A stretch of DNA of 61,043 nucleotides, filler included, from Nemertoderma westbladi (GCA_032718475.1; 3 parts of 3 records of this genome joined end to end with filler, not necessarily neighbours in it); one strand, 5' to 3'. Shown: positions 11,563 through 25,000, numbered from the whole stretch's first letter. Numbers and translations are program-made. Notes: generated by a model not told the origin, from the sequence alone.

Positions 11563-14500
11563 CTAACTCTTACCTGATTGCCTAACTCCTACCTGATTGG
11601 CTAACTCCTACCTGATTGGCTAACTCCTACCTGATTGGCTAAATCCTACCTGATTGGCTAACTCCTACCTGATTGGCTAACTGCTACCTGATTGGCTAAC
11701 TCCTACCTGATTGGCTAACTCCTACCTGATTGGCTAACTCCTACCTGATTGGCTAACTCTTACCTGATTGTCTAACTCCTACCTGATTGTCTAACTCCTA
11801 CGTAATTGTTTAACTCCTACCTAATTGTCTAACTCCTACCTAATTGTCTAACTCCTACCTGATTGTCTAACTCCTACCTGATTGGCTAACTCCTACCTGA
11901 TAGGCTAACTCCTACCTGATTGGCTAACTCATACATAATTGGCTAACTCCTACCTGATTGTCTAACTCCTACCTAATTGTCTAACTCCTACCTGATTGGA
12001 TAACTCCTACCTGATTGGATAACTCCTACCTGATTGGCTAACTCCTACCTGATTGGCTAACTCCTACCTGATTGGCTAACTCCTACCTGATTGGCTAACT
12101 CCTACCTGATTGGCTAACTCCTACCTGATTGGCTAACTCCTACCTGATTGTCTAACTCCTACCTGATTGGCTAACTCCTACCTGATTGGCTAACTCCTAC
12201 CTGATTGGCTAACTCCTACCTGATTGGCTAACTCCTACCTGATTGGCTAACTCCTACCTGATTGTCTAACTCCTACGTAATTGTCTAACTCCTACCTGAT
12301 TGGCTAACTCCTACCTGATTGGCTAACTTCTACCTGATTGGCTAACTCCTACCTGATTGGCTAACTCCTACCTGATTGGCTAACTCCTACCTGATGGTCT
12401 AACTCCTACCTGATTGGCTAACTCCTACCTGATTGGCTAACTCCTACCTGATTGGCTAACTCCTACCTGATTGGCTAACTCCTACCTGATTGACTAACTC
12501 CTACCTGATTGGCTAAATCCTACCTGATTGGCTAACTCCTACCTGATCGACTAACTCCTACCTGATTGGCTAACTCCTACCTGATTTCCTAACTCCTACC
12601 TGATTGGCTAAATCCTACCTGATTGGCTAACTCCTACCTGATTGGCTAACTCCTACCTGATTGGCTAAATCCTACCTGATTGGCTAACTCCTACCTGATT
12701 GGCTAACTGCTACCTGATTGGCTAACTCCTACCTGATTGGCTAACTCCTACCTGATGGTCTAACTCCTACCTGATTGGCTAACTCCTACCTGATTGGCTA
12801 ACTCCTACCTGATTGGCTAACTCCTACCTGATTGTCTAACTCCTACCTGATTGGCTAACTCCTACCTGATTGTCTAACTCCTACGTAATTGTCTAACTCC
12901 TACCTAATTGTCTAACTCCTACCTAATTGTCTAACTCCTACCTGATTGTCTAACTCCTACCTGATTGGCTAACTCCTACCTGATTGGCTAACTCCTACCT
13001 GATTGGCTAACTCCTACATGATTGGCTAACTCCTACCTGATTGTCTAACTCCTACCTAATTGTCTAACTCCTACCTGATTGGATAACTCCTACCTGATTG
13101 GCTAACTCCTACCTGATTGGCTAACTCCTACCTGATTGGCTAACTCCTACCTGATGGTCTAACTCCTACCTGATTGGCTAACTCCTACCTGATTGGCTAA
13201 CTCCTACCTGATTGGCTAACTCTTACCTGATTGTCTAACTCCTACCTGATTGGCTAACTCCTACCTGATTGTCTAACTCCTACGTAATTGTTTAACTCCT
13301 ACCTAATTGTCTAACTCCTACCTAATTGTCTAACTCCTACCTGATTGTCTAACTCCTACCTGATTGGCTAACTCCTACCTGATAGGCTAACTCCTACCTG
13401 ATTGGCTAACTCATACATAATTGGCTAACTCCTACCTGATTGTCTAACTCCTACCTAATTGTCTAACTCCTACCTGATTGGATAACTCCTACCTGATTGG
13501 ATAACTCCTACCTGATTGGCTAACTCCTACCTGATTGGCTAACTCCTACCTGATTGGCTAACTCCTACCTGATTGGCTAACTCCTACCTGATTGGCTAAC
13601 TCCTACCTGATTGGCTAACTCCTACCTGATTGGCTAACTCCTACCTGATTGTCTAACTCCTACCTGATTGGCTAACTCCTACCTGATTGGCTAACTCCTA
13701 CCTGATTGGCTAACTCCTACCTGATTGGCTAACTCCTACCTGATTGTCTAACTCCTACGTAATTGTCTAACTCCTACCTGATTGGCTAACTCCTACCTGA
13801 TTGGCTAACTTCTACCTGATTGGCTAACTCCTACCTGATTGGCTAACTCCTACCTGATTGGCTAACTCCTACCTGATGGTCTAACTCCTACCTGATTGGC
13901 TAACTCCTACCTGATTGGCTAACTCCTACCTGATCGACTAACTCCTACCTGATTGGCTAACTCCTACCTGATTTCCTAACTCCTACCTGATTGGCTAAAT
14001 CCTACCTGATTGGCTAACTCCTACCTGATTGGCTAACTCCTACCTGATTGGCTAAATCCTACCTGATTGGCTAACTCCTACCTGATTGGCTAACTGCTAC
14101 CTTATTGGCTAACTCCTACCTGATTGGCTAACTCCTACCTGATGGTCTAACTCCTACCTGATTGGCTAACTCCTACCTGATTGGCTAACTCCTACCTGAT
14201 TGGCTAACTCCTACCTGATTGTCTAACTCCTACCTGATTGGCTAACTCCTACCTGATTGTCTAACTCCTACGTAATTGTCTAACTCCTACCTAATTGTCT
14301 AACTCCTACCTAATTGTCTAACTCCTACCTGATTGTCTAACTCCTACCTGATTGGCTAACTCCTACCTGATTGGCTAACTCCTACCTGATTGGCTAACTC
14401 CTACATGATTGGCTAACTCCTACCTGATTGTCTAACTCCTACCTAATTGTCTAACTCCTACCTGATTGGATAACTCCTACCTGATTGGCTAACTCCTACC

Positions 14501-16525
14501 TGATTGGCTAACTCCTACCTGATTGGCTAACTCCTACCTGATGGTCTAACTCCTACCTGATTGGCTAACTCCTACCTGATTGGCTAACTCCTACCTGATT
14601 GGCTAACTCCTACCTGATTGTCTAACTCCTACCTGATTGGCTAACTCCTACCTGATTGGCTAACTCCTACCTGATTGGCTAACTCCTACCTGATTGGCTA
14701 ACTCCTACCTGATTGGCTAACTACTTCCTGATTGTCTAACTCCTACCTGATTAGCTAACTCCTACCTGATTGGCTAACTCCTACCTGATTAGCTAACTCC
14801 TACCTGATTGGCTAACTCCTACCTAATTGTCTAACTCCTACCTGATTGGCTAACTCCTACCTGATTGGCTAACTCCTACCTGATTGGCTAGCTCCTACCT
14901 GATTGGCTAACTCCTACCTGATTGGCTAACTACTTCCTGATTGTCTAACTCCTACCTGATTATAGCTAACTCCTACCTGATTGGCTAACTCCTACCTGAT
15001 TAGCTAACTCCTACCTGATTGGCTAACTCCTACATGATTAGCTAACTCCTACCTGATTGGCTAACTCCTACCTGATTGGCTAACTACTTCCTGATTGTCG
15101 AACTCCTACCTGATTAGCTAACTCCTACCTGATTGGCTAACTCCTACCTGATTAGCTAACTCCTACCTGATTGGCTAACTCCTACCTGATTAGCTAACTC
15201 CTACCTGATTGGCTAACTCCTACCTGATTGGCTAACTCCTACCTGATTAGCTAACTCCTACCTAATTGTCTAACTCCTACCTGATTGGATAACTCCTACC
15301 TGATTGGCTAACTCCTACCTGATTGGCTAACTCCTACCTAATTGTCTAACTCCTACCTGATTGGATAACTCCTACCTGATTGGCTAACTCCTACCTGATT
15401 GGCTAACTCCTACCTGATTAGCTAACTCCTACCTGATTGGCTAACTCCTACCTGATTGGCTAACTCCTACCTGATTAGCTAACTCCTACCTAATTGTCTA
15501 ACTCCTACCTGATTGGATAACTCCTACCTGATTGGCTAACTCCTACCTGATTGGCTAACTCCTACCTGATTAGCTAACTCCTACCTGATTGGCTAACTCC
15601 TACCTGATTGGCTAACTCCTACCTGATTAGCTAACTCCTACCTGATTGGCTAACTCCTACCTGATTAGCTAACTCCTACCTGATTGGCTAACTCCTACCT
15701 GATTAGCTAACTCCTACCTGATTGGCTAACTCCTACCTGATTGGCTAACTCCTACCTGATTAGCTAACTCCTACCTAATTGTCTAACTCCTACCTGATTG
15801 GATAACTCCTACCTGATTGGCTAACTCCTACCTGATTGGCTAACTCCTACCTAATTGTCTAACTCCTACCTGATTGGATAACTCCTACCTGATTGGCTAA
15901 CTCCTACCTGATTGGCTAACTCCTACCTGATTAGCTAACTCCTACCTGATTGGCTAACTCCTACCTGATTGGCTAACTCCTACCTGATTAGCTAACTCCT
16001 ACCTAATTGTCTAACTCCTACCTGATTGGATAACTCCTACCTGATTGGCTAACTCCTACCTGATTGGCTAACTCCTACCTGATTAGCTAACTCCTACCTG
16101 ATTGGCTAACTCCTACCTGATTGGCTAACTCCTACCTGATTAGCTAACTCCTACCTGATTGGCTAACTCCTACCTGATTGGCTAACTCCTACCTGATTGG
16201 CTAACTCCTGCCTGATTAGCTAACTCCTACCTGATTGGCTAACTCCTACCTGATTGGCTAACTCCTACCTGATTGGCTAACTCCTACCTGATTGGCTAAC
16301 TCCTACCTGATTAGCTAACTCCTACCTAATTGTCTAACTCCTACCTGATTGGATAACTCCTACCTGATTGGCTAACTCCTACCTGATTGGCTAACTCCTA
16401 CCTGATTAGCTAACTCCTACCTGATTGGCTAACTCCTACCTGATTGGCTAACTCCTACCTGATTAGCTAACTCTTACCTGATTGGCTAACTCCTACCTGA
16501 TTGACTAACTCCTACCTGATTGTCT
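11563..16525. repeat. 19-bp satellite (~260 copies) containing the exon B splice donor
   Basis: Plus-strand unit ctaactcctacctgattgg = minus CCAATCAG|GTAGGAGTTAG; the first copy overlaps the last codons of exon B. Confidence 0.97.
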
Positions 16526-16724
16526 CCGCACTCATTGGCGCACTTGGTAATGGAATCGGCTTTGGTGAACTGTGTCCACGGTAAACCGTCGGGACAACGT
16601 ATACAGGTACCAACGGTGCCTTGGCCCTCGCTGTAGCAGTTCCGTGGGCAATCCTCCGGCGATCCTGTTGCTATGTTACCATTCCGATCGAGTTTGTTAA
16701 ACACACCGGAAGTACCAGGCAAAG
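16516..16724 (-). CDS. Exon B: Ephrin_rec_like-type repeat
   Basis: TTTTTTAG|CT acceptor at 16724 and CAG|GTAGGA donor at 16516; 209 nt, phase 1-0; ALPGTSGVFNKLDRNGNIATGSPEDCPRNCYSEGQGTVGTCIRCPDGLPWTQFTKADSITKCANECGDNQ. Confidence 0.85.
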
Positions 16725-17099
16725 CTAAAAAAGGAAATGTTGATAAATTAGCATTCAGTAATAATCAATTTCGAAAATCAAGGTTTGGAATTTATATTGA
16801 ATCGAATTCAGAAATTAGTTGTTGTACCAAAATGGTGAGGCCGATTTTTTTTAGATAAAGATTTATTAACAATAATAATTATGGAAATTGGTTAATTATT
16901 CGACACCAGATGAAAGTTAAAAGTATGTTTTAACTCTAATTCATTGGACTGTACTCTAGGGAAAGGAGCAGGTTACAGGGGCACGATATTCAAACTAAAA
17001 CAATAAACGAGTGTCAATATCACAGTTTACAGATATATTTTTGACAACGCAAAGCTTGTGGTCACTTCATTTTCGGACCTTTGACCCAATACCCCTTGG

Positions 17100-20000
17100 T
17101 ACCCACCCCCAATATAACACTATCAACCCTTACCCTACCCACCCCAATATAACACTATCAACCCTTACCCTACCCACCCCCAATATAACACTATCAACCC
17201 TTACCCTACCCACCCCCAATATAACACTATCAACCCTTACCCTACCCACCCCCAATATAACACTATCCACCCTTACCCTACCCACCCCCAATATAACACT
17301 ATCAACCCTTACCCTACCCACCCCCAATATAACACTATCCACCCTTACCCTACCCACCCCCAATATAACACTATCAACCCTTACCCTACCCACCCCCAAT
17401 ATAACACTATCAACCCTTACCCTACCCACACCCAATACAACACTATCAACCCTTACCCTACCCACCCCCAATATAACACTATCAACCCTAATATAACACT
17501 ATCAACCCTTACACTACCCACCTCCAATATAACACTATCAACCCTTACCCTACCCACCCCCAATATAACACTATCAACCCTTACCCTACCCAACCCCCAA
17601 TATAACACTATCAACCCTTACACTACCCACCCCCAATATAACACTATCAACCCTTACCCTACCCACACCCAATATAACACTATCAACCCTTACCCTACCC
17701 ACCCCCCATATAACACTATCAACCCTTACACTACCCACCCCAAAGTAACACTAACAACCCTTACCCTACCCACACCCAATACAACACTATCAACCCTTAC
17801 CCTACCCACCCCCAATATAACACTATCAACCCTTACCCTACCCACCCCCAATATAACACTATCAACCCTTACCCTACCCACCCCCAATATAACACTATCA
17901 ACCCTTACCCTACCCACACCCAATACAACACTAACCCTTACCCTACCCACACCCAATATAACACTATCAACCCTTACCCTACCCACCCCAACATAACACT
18001 ATCAACCCTTACCCTACCCACCCCCAATATAACACTATCAACACTTACCCTACCCACCCCCAATATAACACTATCAACCCTTACCCTACCCACCCCCAAT
18101 ATAACACTATCAACCCTTACCCTACCCACCCCCAATATAACACTATCAACCCTTACCCTACTCACCCCTAATATAACACTATCAACCCTTACCCTACCCA
18201 CCCCCAATATAACACTATCAACCCTTACCCTACCCACCCCCAATATAACACTATCAACCCTTACCCTACCCACCCCCAATATAACACTATCAACCCTTAC
18301 CCTACCCACCCCCAATATAACACTATCAACACTTACCCTACCCACCCCCAATATAACACTATCAACCCTACCCAACCCACCCCCAATATAACACTATCAA
18401 CCCTTACCCTACCCACCCCCAATATAACACTATCAACACTTACCCTACCCACCCCCAATATAACACTATCAACCCTTACCCTACCCACCCCCAATATAAC
18501 ACTATCAACCCTTACCCTACCCACCCCCAATATAACACTATAAACCCTTACCCTACCCACCCCCAATATAACACTATCAACCCTTACCCTACCCACCCCC
18601 AATATAACACTATCAACCCTTACCCTACCCACCCCCAATATAACACTATCAACACTTACCCTACCCACCCCCAATAGAACACTATCAACCCTTACCCTAC
18701 CCACCCCCAATATAACACTATTAACCCTTACCCTACCCACCCCCAATATAACACTATCAACCCTTACCCTACCCACCCCCAATAGAACACTGTCAACCCT
18801 TACCCTACCCACCCCCAATATAACACTATCAACCCTTAAACCCGACCCACCCCCAATATAACACTATCAACCCTTACCCTACCCACCCCCAATATAACAC
18901 TATCAACCCTTACCCTACCCACCCCCAATATAACACTATCAACCCTTACCCTACCCACCCCCAATATAACACTGTCAACCCTTACCCTACCCACCCCCAA
19001 TATAACACTATCAACCCTTAACCCTACCCACCCCCAATATAACACTATCAACCCTTACCCTACCCACCCCCAATATAACACTATCAACCCTTACCCTACC
19101 CACCCCCAATATAACACTATCAACCCTTACCCTACCCACCCCCAATATAACACTATCAACCCTTACCCTACCCACCCAGAATATAACACTATCAACCCTT
19201 ACCCTACCCACCCCCAATATAACACTATCAACTCTTAACCCTACCCACCCCCAATATAACACTATCAACCCTTACACTACCCAGCCCCAATATAACACTA
19301 TCAACCCTTACCCTACCCACCCCCAATATAACACTATCAACCCTTAACCCTACCCACCCCCAATATAACACTATAAACCCTTACCCTACCCACCCCCAAT
19401 ATAACACTATCAACCCTTACCCTACCCACCCCCAATATAACACTATCAACCCTTAACCCTACCAACCCCCAATATAACACTATCAACCCTTACCCTACCC
19501 CACCCCCAATATAACACTATCAACCCTTACCCTACCCACCCCCAATATAACACTATCAACACTTACCCTACCCACCCCCAATATAACACTATCAACCCTT
19601 ACCCTACCCACCCCCAATATAACACTATCAACCCTTACCCTACCCACCCCCAATATAACACTATCAACCCTTACCCTACCCACCCCCAATATAACACTAT
19701 CAACCCTTAACCCTACCCACCCCCAATATAACACTATCAACCCTTACCCTACCCACCCCCAATATAACACTATCAACCCTTACCCTACCCACCCCCAATA
19801 TAACACTATTAACCCTTACCCTACCCACCCCCAATATAACACTGTCAACCCTTACCCTACCCACCCCCAATATAACACTATCAACCCTTAACCCTACCCA
19901 CCCCCAATATAACACTATCAACCCATACCCTACCCACCCCCAATATAACACTATCAACCCTTACCCTACCCACCCCCAATATAACACTATCAACCCTTAC

Positions 20001-20910
20001 CCTACCCACCCCCAATATAACACTATCAACCCTTACCCTACCCACCCAGAATATAACACTATCAACCCTTACCCTACCCACCCCCAATATAACACTATCA
20101 ACCCTTAACCCTACCCACCCCCAATATAACACTATCAACCCTTACACTACCCAGCCCCAATATAACACTATCAACCCTTACCCTACCCACCCCCAATATA
20201 ACACTATCAACCCTTAACCCTACCCACCCCCAATATAACACTATAAACCCTTACCCTACCCACCCCCAATATAACACTATCAACCCTTACCCTACCCACC
20301 CCCAATATAACACTATCAACCCTTAACCCTACCCACCCCCAATATAACACTATAAACCCTTACCCTACCAACCCCCAATATAACACTATCAACCCTTACC
20401 CTACCCACCCCCAATATAACACTATCAACCCTTACCCTACCCACCCCCAATATAACACTATCAACACTTACCCTACCCACCCCCAATATAACACTATCAA
20501 CCCTTACCCTACCCACCCCCAATATAACACTATCAACCCTTACCCTACCCACCCCCAATATAACACTATCAACCCTTACCCTACCCACCCCCAATATAAC
20601 ACTATCAACCCTTAACCCTACCCACCCCCAATATAACACTATCAACCCTTACCCTACCCACCCCCAATATAACACTATCAACCCTTACCCTACCCACCCC
20701 CAATATAACACTATCAACCCTTACCCTACCCCACCACCCCAATATAACACTATCAACAATTACCCTACCCACCCCCAATATAACACTATCAACCCTTACC
20801 CTACCCACCCCCAATATAACACTATCAACCCTTACCCTACCCACCCCCAATATAACACTATCAACCCTTACCCTACCCACCCCCAATACAACACTATCAA
20901 CCCTTACCCC
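17100..20910. repeat. 36-bp G/C-skewed satellite (~105 copies) starting at the exon A splice donor
   Basis: Minus-strand unit GG|GTAAGGGTTGATAGTGTTATATTGGGGGTGGGTA; fills ~90% of intron 16725-20907. Confidence 0.97.
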
Positions 20911-21058
20911 AGCATTGAGTGTAACTTGGTGAATCTCCGTCTACAAGCCCTGCGACTGGCGGCGTATCTTCGTCATCGGGACACGCCACACACCCAGTCT
21001 CCTTAGTGGCATCGTATTTAAACTTCCGTTTACAAACACAAACACCATCCGTCAAGAC
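20908..21058 (-). CDS. Exon A of Cys-rich repeat protein (upstream exons lie beyond the gap)
   Basis: TTTTAG|GTC acceptor and TGGG|GTAAGG donor; 151 nt, phase 0-1; VLTDGVCVCKRKFKYDATKETGCVACPDDEDTPPVAGLVDGDSPSYTQCW. Confidence 0.83.
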
Positions 21059-21269
21059 CTAAAACATTATGGGAACAAATATAATAGTGGAAAAATTTGT
21101 AATTAGTTTAACTAATTTATTAATACCATTATACAATGCAATGCCTATATGAGCTTGGTGAGTAATACACAGATTGCTCATTATTGAAGAATCCATAATT
21201 ATTTTAAAGGATAATAAGCTGAATGAGCTTATTTTCATTGTAATAAATGTAATCTAACATTTTACAATG

Positions 21270-21663
21270 TTATATTGAAATAAAGAGTATATTTAAATTG
21301 CCATGTTTTGATTTAACGCACGTGGGGTGATCTACGAAGTACGCGAGCTTAAATGATACCGTCGTCACAACCGTTGCTGGTGTTTTGAACAAAGCCGCTT
21401 CCGCTTTGCAGGAGATTGTTTTCGCCGTGAGGACCAGCCTGTGCACAATCTTCTGCTTTGGCAGCCCCATGGAGAAAATAACCAAGGCGGACAGCGCATG
21501 ACTTTTGTGAGACTTTGTTGAAAAGCCGGCATAGCATTCTTTATGCACGCTGCATTGGGCTTGTAAATTGTGGATTGTATGGTGGTGACAAAATGTTTTT
21601 GTTAATCTGGCATAGCATCTCAATGTGCAGTTCCAATGCAGCAGGCCGATTATATTAGTATTA
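21270..21663 (+). mobile_element. 5'-truncated decayed RTE fragment with 8-bp TSD
   Basis: ccgctttgcagga..ttcgccgtgaggaccagcc..tttggcagcc matches 33930-33996; flanked by TTACAATG at 21262-21269 and 21664-21671. Confidence 0.75.
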
Positions 21664-21764
21664 TTACAATGCAATGCCTATAAGAGCTTGGTGAATATAC
21701 AACGTTCAGATTGCTCAATATTTAATCTTACCATGTAACAAAATGCAATCTAACATTTTACAAT

Positions 21765-21864
21765 NNNNNNNNNNNNNNNNNNNNNNNNNNNNNNNNNNNN
21801 NNNNNNNNTTAATTAATTAANNNNNNNNNNNNNNNNNNNNNNNNNNNNNNNNNNNNNNNNNNNN
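21765..21864. other. Artificial scaffold join
   Basis: N run, TTAATTAATTAA (stops in all six frames), N run; same design as 43344-43443. Confidence 0.97.
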
Positions 21865-22067
21865 GTGTCATACTATACTATATATGTCAACTATATTATA
21901 CCTTTATACATATTACCGAACATCAGAACTCTTTTACCTTTCACACACGGCGGGGACGCGTAGATAGAAAACCCAACGGATAAACCGGGATCCATAGATC
22001 CCGTCACAGTGATAGAACTAGATCCAACCAACTGACAGACTGTGGCTGCCAGCCACCAAAGACAAAG

Positions 22068-25000
22068 ATGAGCCGAATAGGAGAGACGACGCCGCCGTGG
22101 ACCCCGGACGACAACCTAACGATCCGCGAGGCCGCGGCGAGACGGCATCGACCCACGACGCCGGATCCAATGAGAAGGAAGAGACGAGTCGGGAGTCGAA
22201 AGGGAGAAAGACGAGTCGACGCGGAGCGAGGGTCGACGTACCGATGTCGCCGGCCAGCCTCAGGCCGAGGTCGACGAACGGTCCACCGGAACGGCGACGG
22301 TGGGGCCATCGGTACGACGTCGGACCCGGAGAGACGGAAGAGAGGTCGGCGACGAGGATGTCGGGGTTTCTGATCGACTTCGACGAGCCTACCTCGCGAC
22401 CAGGGAGCGACTGAGAGAGGCCAAAGGAGGGGCGAAGATAGACGAGGTGAGACTGAGGAGACGACTAGGTGAGTCGAACAGATACTTTGATTACCTAGTG
22501 TGTTCTGGGCAGGGAGAACTAGCCGGGGAGAGGGCGAGGGGAGTTGTCAACGAACTGATTGAACTATGGGAGTGTAGGGGTATGCAGCCTAGTGTAGTGT
22601 ACATAGGGCCATACTTAGTCGATGCCCGGGGAGTACAATTAGTGGGTTGGAGGAAACCGCAGGAGAGCGAATCCGAGGCTAGCCCCGAGGATTCGGTCTC
22701 GTCGGTTGGAGAAAGTTCCGGGAGACGGGGGAAAGTTGGTAGGACGGAGGGGCGACGGGAGTCCGTCGCAACCGATAAGTCTGCTACATCCTCCGCAAAA
22801 GAAAGAAGGGTGCGGGAGATAAATCTAAAGTATAAATTAGGAATTGCGGCGGCAGAGCAGAAACAGTTAGAGTGGCGACTGAGGGATGAAACCGCATTAT
22901 TAGAGTTGGCAAGGGAGAATAGAGAGAGAGCCGAGGAGCGTAGAGATCGGGAGATGAGAGTAGAGAGCGAGCCGGCGAGGTGGTCTGATATGCTTGTGAG
23001 AGAGACGATCGAGCGAAATTTATGAGAGTGGAAAGAGATAGAGATAGAGAAAGAGCGTGAGCGGGATGATTTGCGTGCCCGGCTAGGGAGGCTTGCGCAA
23101 TATCAAGCCAAACTAGACCAGCGCCGACTAGAACTGGCGCGGTTGGAAATATCAGAGAGTGAGACCCCACTTACATACACCGGGCGAGAGAACCAGAACT
23201 GGTGTAGCCGTACGGGCGGGGGGGGGGGGGGGGGGTAGTAGTAGTACGTTAGAAGTAGTTAATATTAATAGTACCATAGTAGATAACCCTAATCCCTTTA
23301 TTACAGGAAATATTTCACCCGGTAATTTAAACTTAAATCCAATAATAATATTAATTCAAATATTCAGAATTAATCCAAATAATTCGAATAATAATTTAAA
23401 TTTTGAAAATAATAATAATTCTAATTTAAATAATTTAAATAATAATCCCGTTTCAAATTCTAATAATTTAAATTGATTTAACAAATAATATTGGGAATGT
23501 TGCTATTGACATGAGCGTGTCAGACGTGTATAACCCGGCAGACGGCGGCCTGGTAGGCCACGTAGTTAGTAGGCAGGAGGTGGCCGGGTTGAGCCAACCC
23601 GACGGCGGCCTGGTAGGCCACGTAGTTGGTAGGCAGGAGGCAGCGGGGTTGAGCCAACCCGAGGTGGGCCTGATAGGCCACGCAGTAGTAGAGAGAGAGG
23701 CGGGGGTGAATAGACCCAGCCGTAGTAGAGACAGTGCGTCGACTAGAGAGGGGTGTAGAGACGAAGTAAGAGATAGTGAAGTTAGATGTGGCGAGTGGGG
23801 GGGGGGGGGCTACCGGCGCCCCACCACATAAGATTAGTGGCGAGAGAGGGGGGCAGAGAATGCCCCACAAGAGGGGTGTAGGAGTGTAGTAAGAGGTAGT
23901 GAAGTTAGAAGTGGTGGGTGGGGGGGGGCTACGGGCACCCCACCGCGAGAGATTAGTAGAGAGAGAGGGGGGGCAGAGAGTGTCCCACAGGCGTCGGCGG
24001 ATAATGCGCGGGCCGAATTAGGTAAACCGCAACACCCGGCAACACGGAGTAATAGGGGGATTGCGAGTATCCCCAGCGGCGTGCGATCGAGCAGAGAGAG
24101 GCAGGTTGACGTCGCGAGAGGGCAGACGAAGCGTCGAGCCCGATCAGAAGAGAGAGGGAGAATAGTGGAGTTTAGCCGGGGGGTCGACGAGAGATCTCAC
24201 GAGCCGGAATACTGCACAGAAAAGAGAAGAAGAGAAGATAGTAGAAGAAGTGTCGCCACGAACGATAGCAGTGTGAGGACAGATAGCGGACCGTCGATAG
24301 TAGAGATGGAGTTAGGGAGTCAGTGGGGTCGAACTTCGGGAGATTGCCGTCGCCCCGGAGAAACGCACCGCATGCCAAGAGAGGGGTACAAGACGTACCA
24401 GTACAAAGTCGAGAACAGGAGAGGGGATCGGAGGGAGGCTTCCCGATGGGATATAGCTGCCGATCGAGAGTACGGTAGTCGCCGGGAGATTCGAGATTCG
24501 CGAAGATTAAACTTCGGTTCGAAAGGGCACATGCAGACTGCAGGACATACTGTAGGCCTTACTGCACATACTATTATAGGCCATGCTGGGAGAGATAGAG
24601 TAGGCGATAGGGTAGCGCGAACGACGGGATTAAACCCGGAAGCCGCGGAGTACATACCGGTAGGTAGGCAAGAAGTGGGTAGGCCTATATCGGTACAGCA
24701 GCATGACTATAATACACAGGGACATAACATATATCCAGGGGAGGGGGGTGAGTTATTGGAGATAGACGTATGGGCCCCAATGTATTAACATCAACCCCAG
24801 TACCAAACATACCAGCCGGGGGGGGACAGGGTGACATTCCCCCATCACAATATCGACAATATACCCCAATAGGAGCAAGAACATCGAACTCCCTGGACAA
24901 GAACAGGTCGTGCGGACAGTCGCTACCACACGCGGCTGTACAGGGGACTGCTAGTCCACAGTTAGCTGGTAGCAGGGCCACACCGTGGCAGGGACAGAAA

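Noticed and set aside
17011-20886. (GVGRVRVDSVIL)n and (TLTLPTPNITLS)n ORFs
   Set aside because: By-product of a 36-bp unit; frames are broken by indels and the exon A frame stops after 3 codons (GGT AAG GGT TGA)
17100-20910. Interstitial telomere (TAGGG/TAAGGG look)
   Set aside because: No (TTAGGG)n run; the period is 36 bp and matches the intron start
21809-21820. TTAATTAATTAA island between N runs (also 43388-43399)
   Set aside because: Synthetic six-frame-stop linker, not biological
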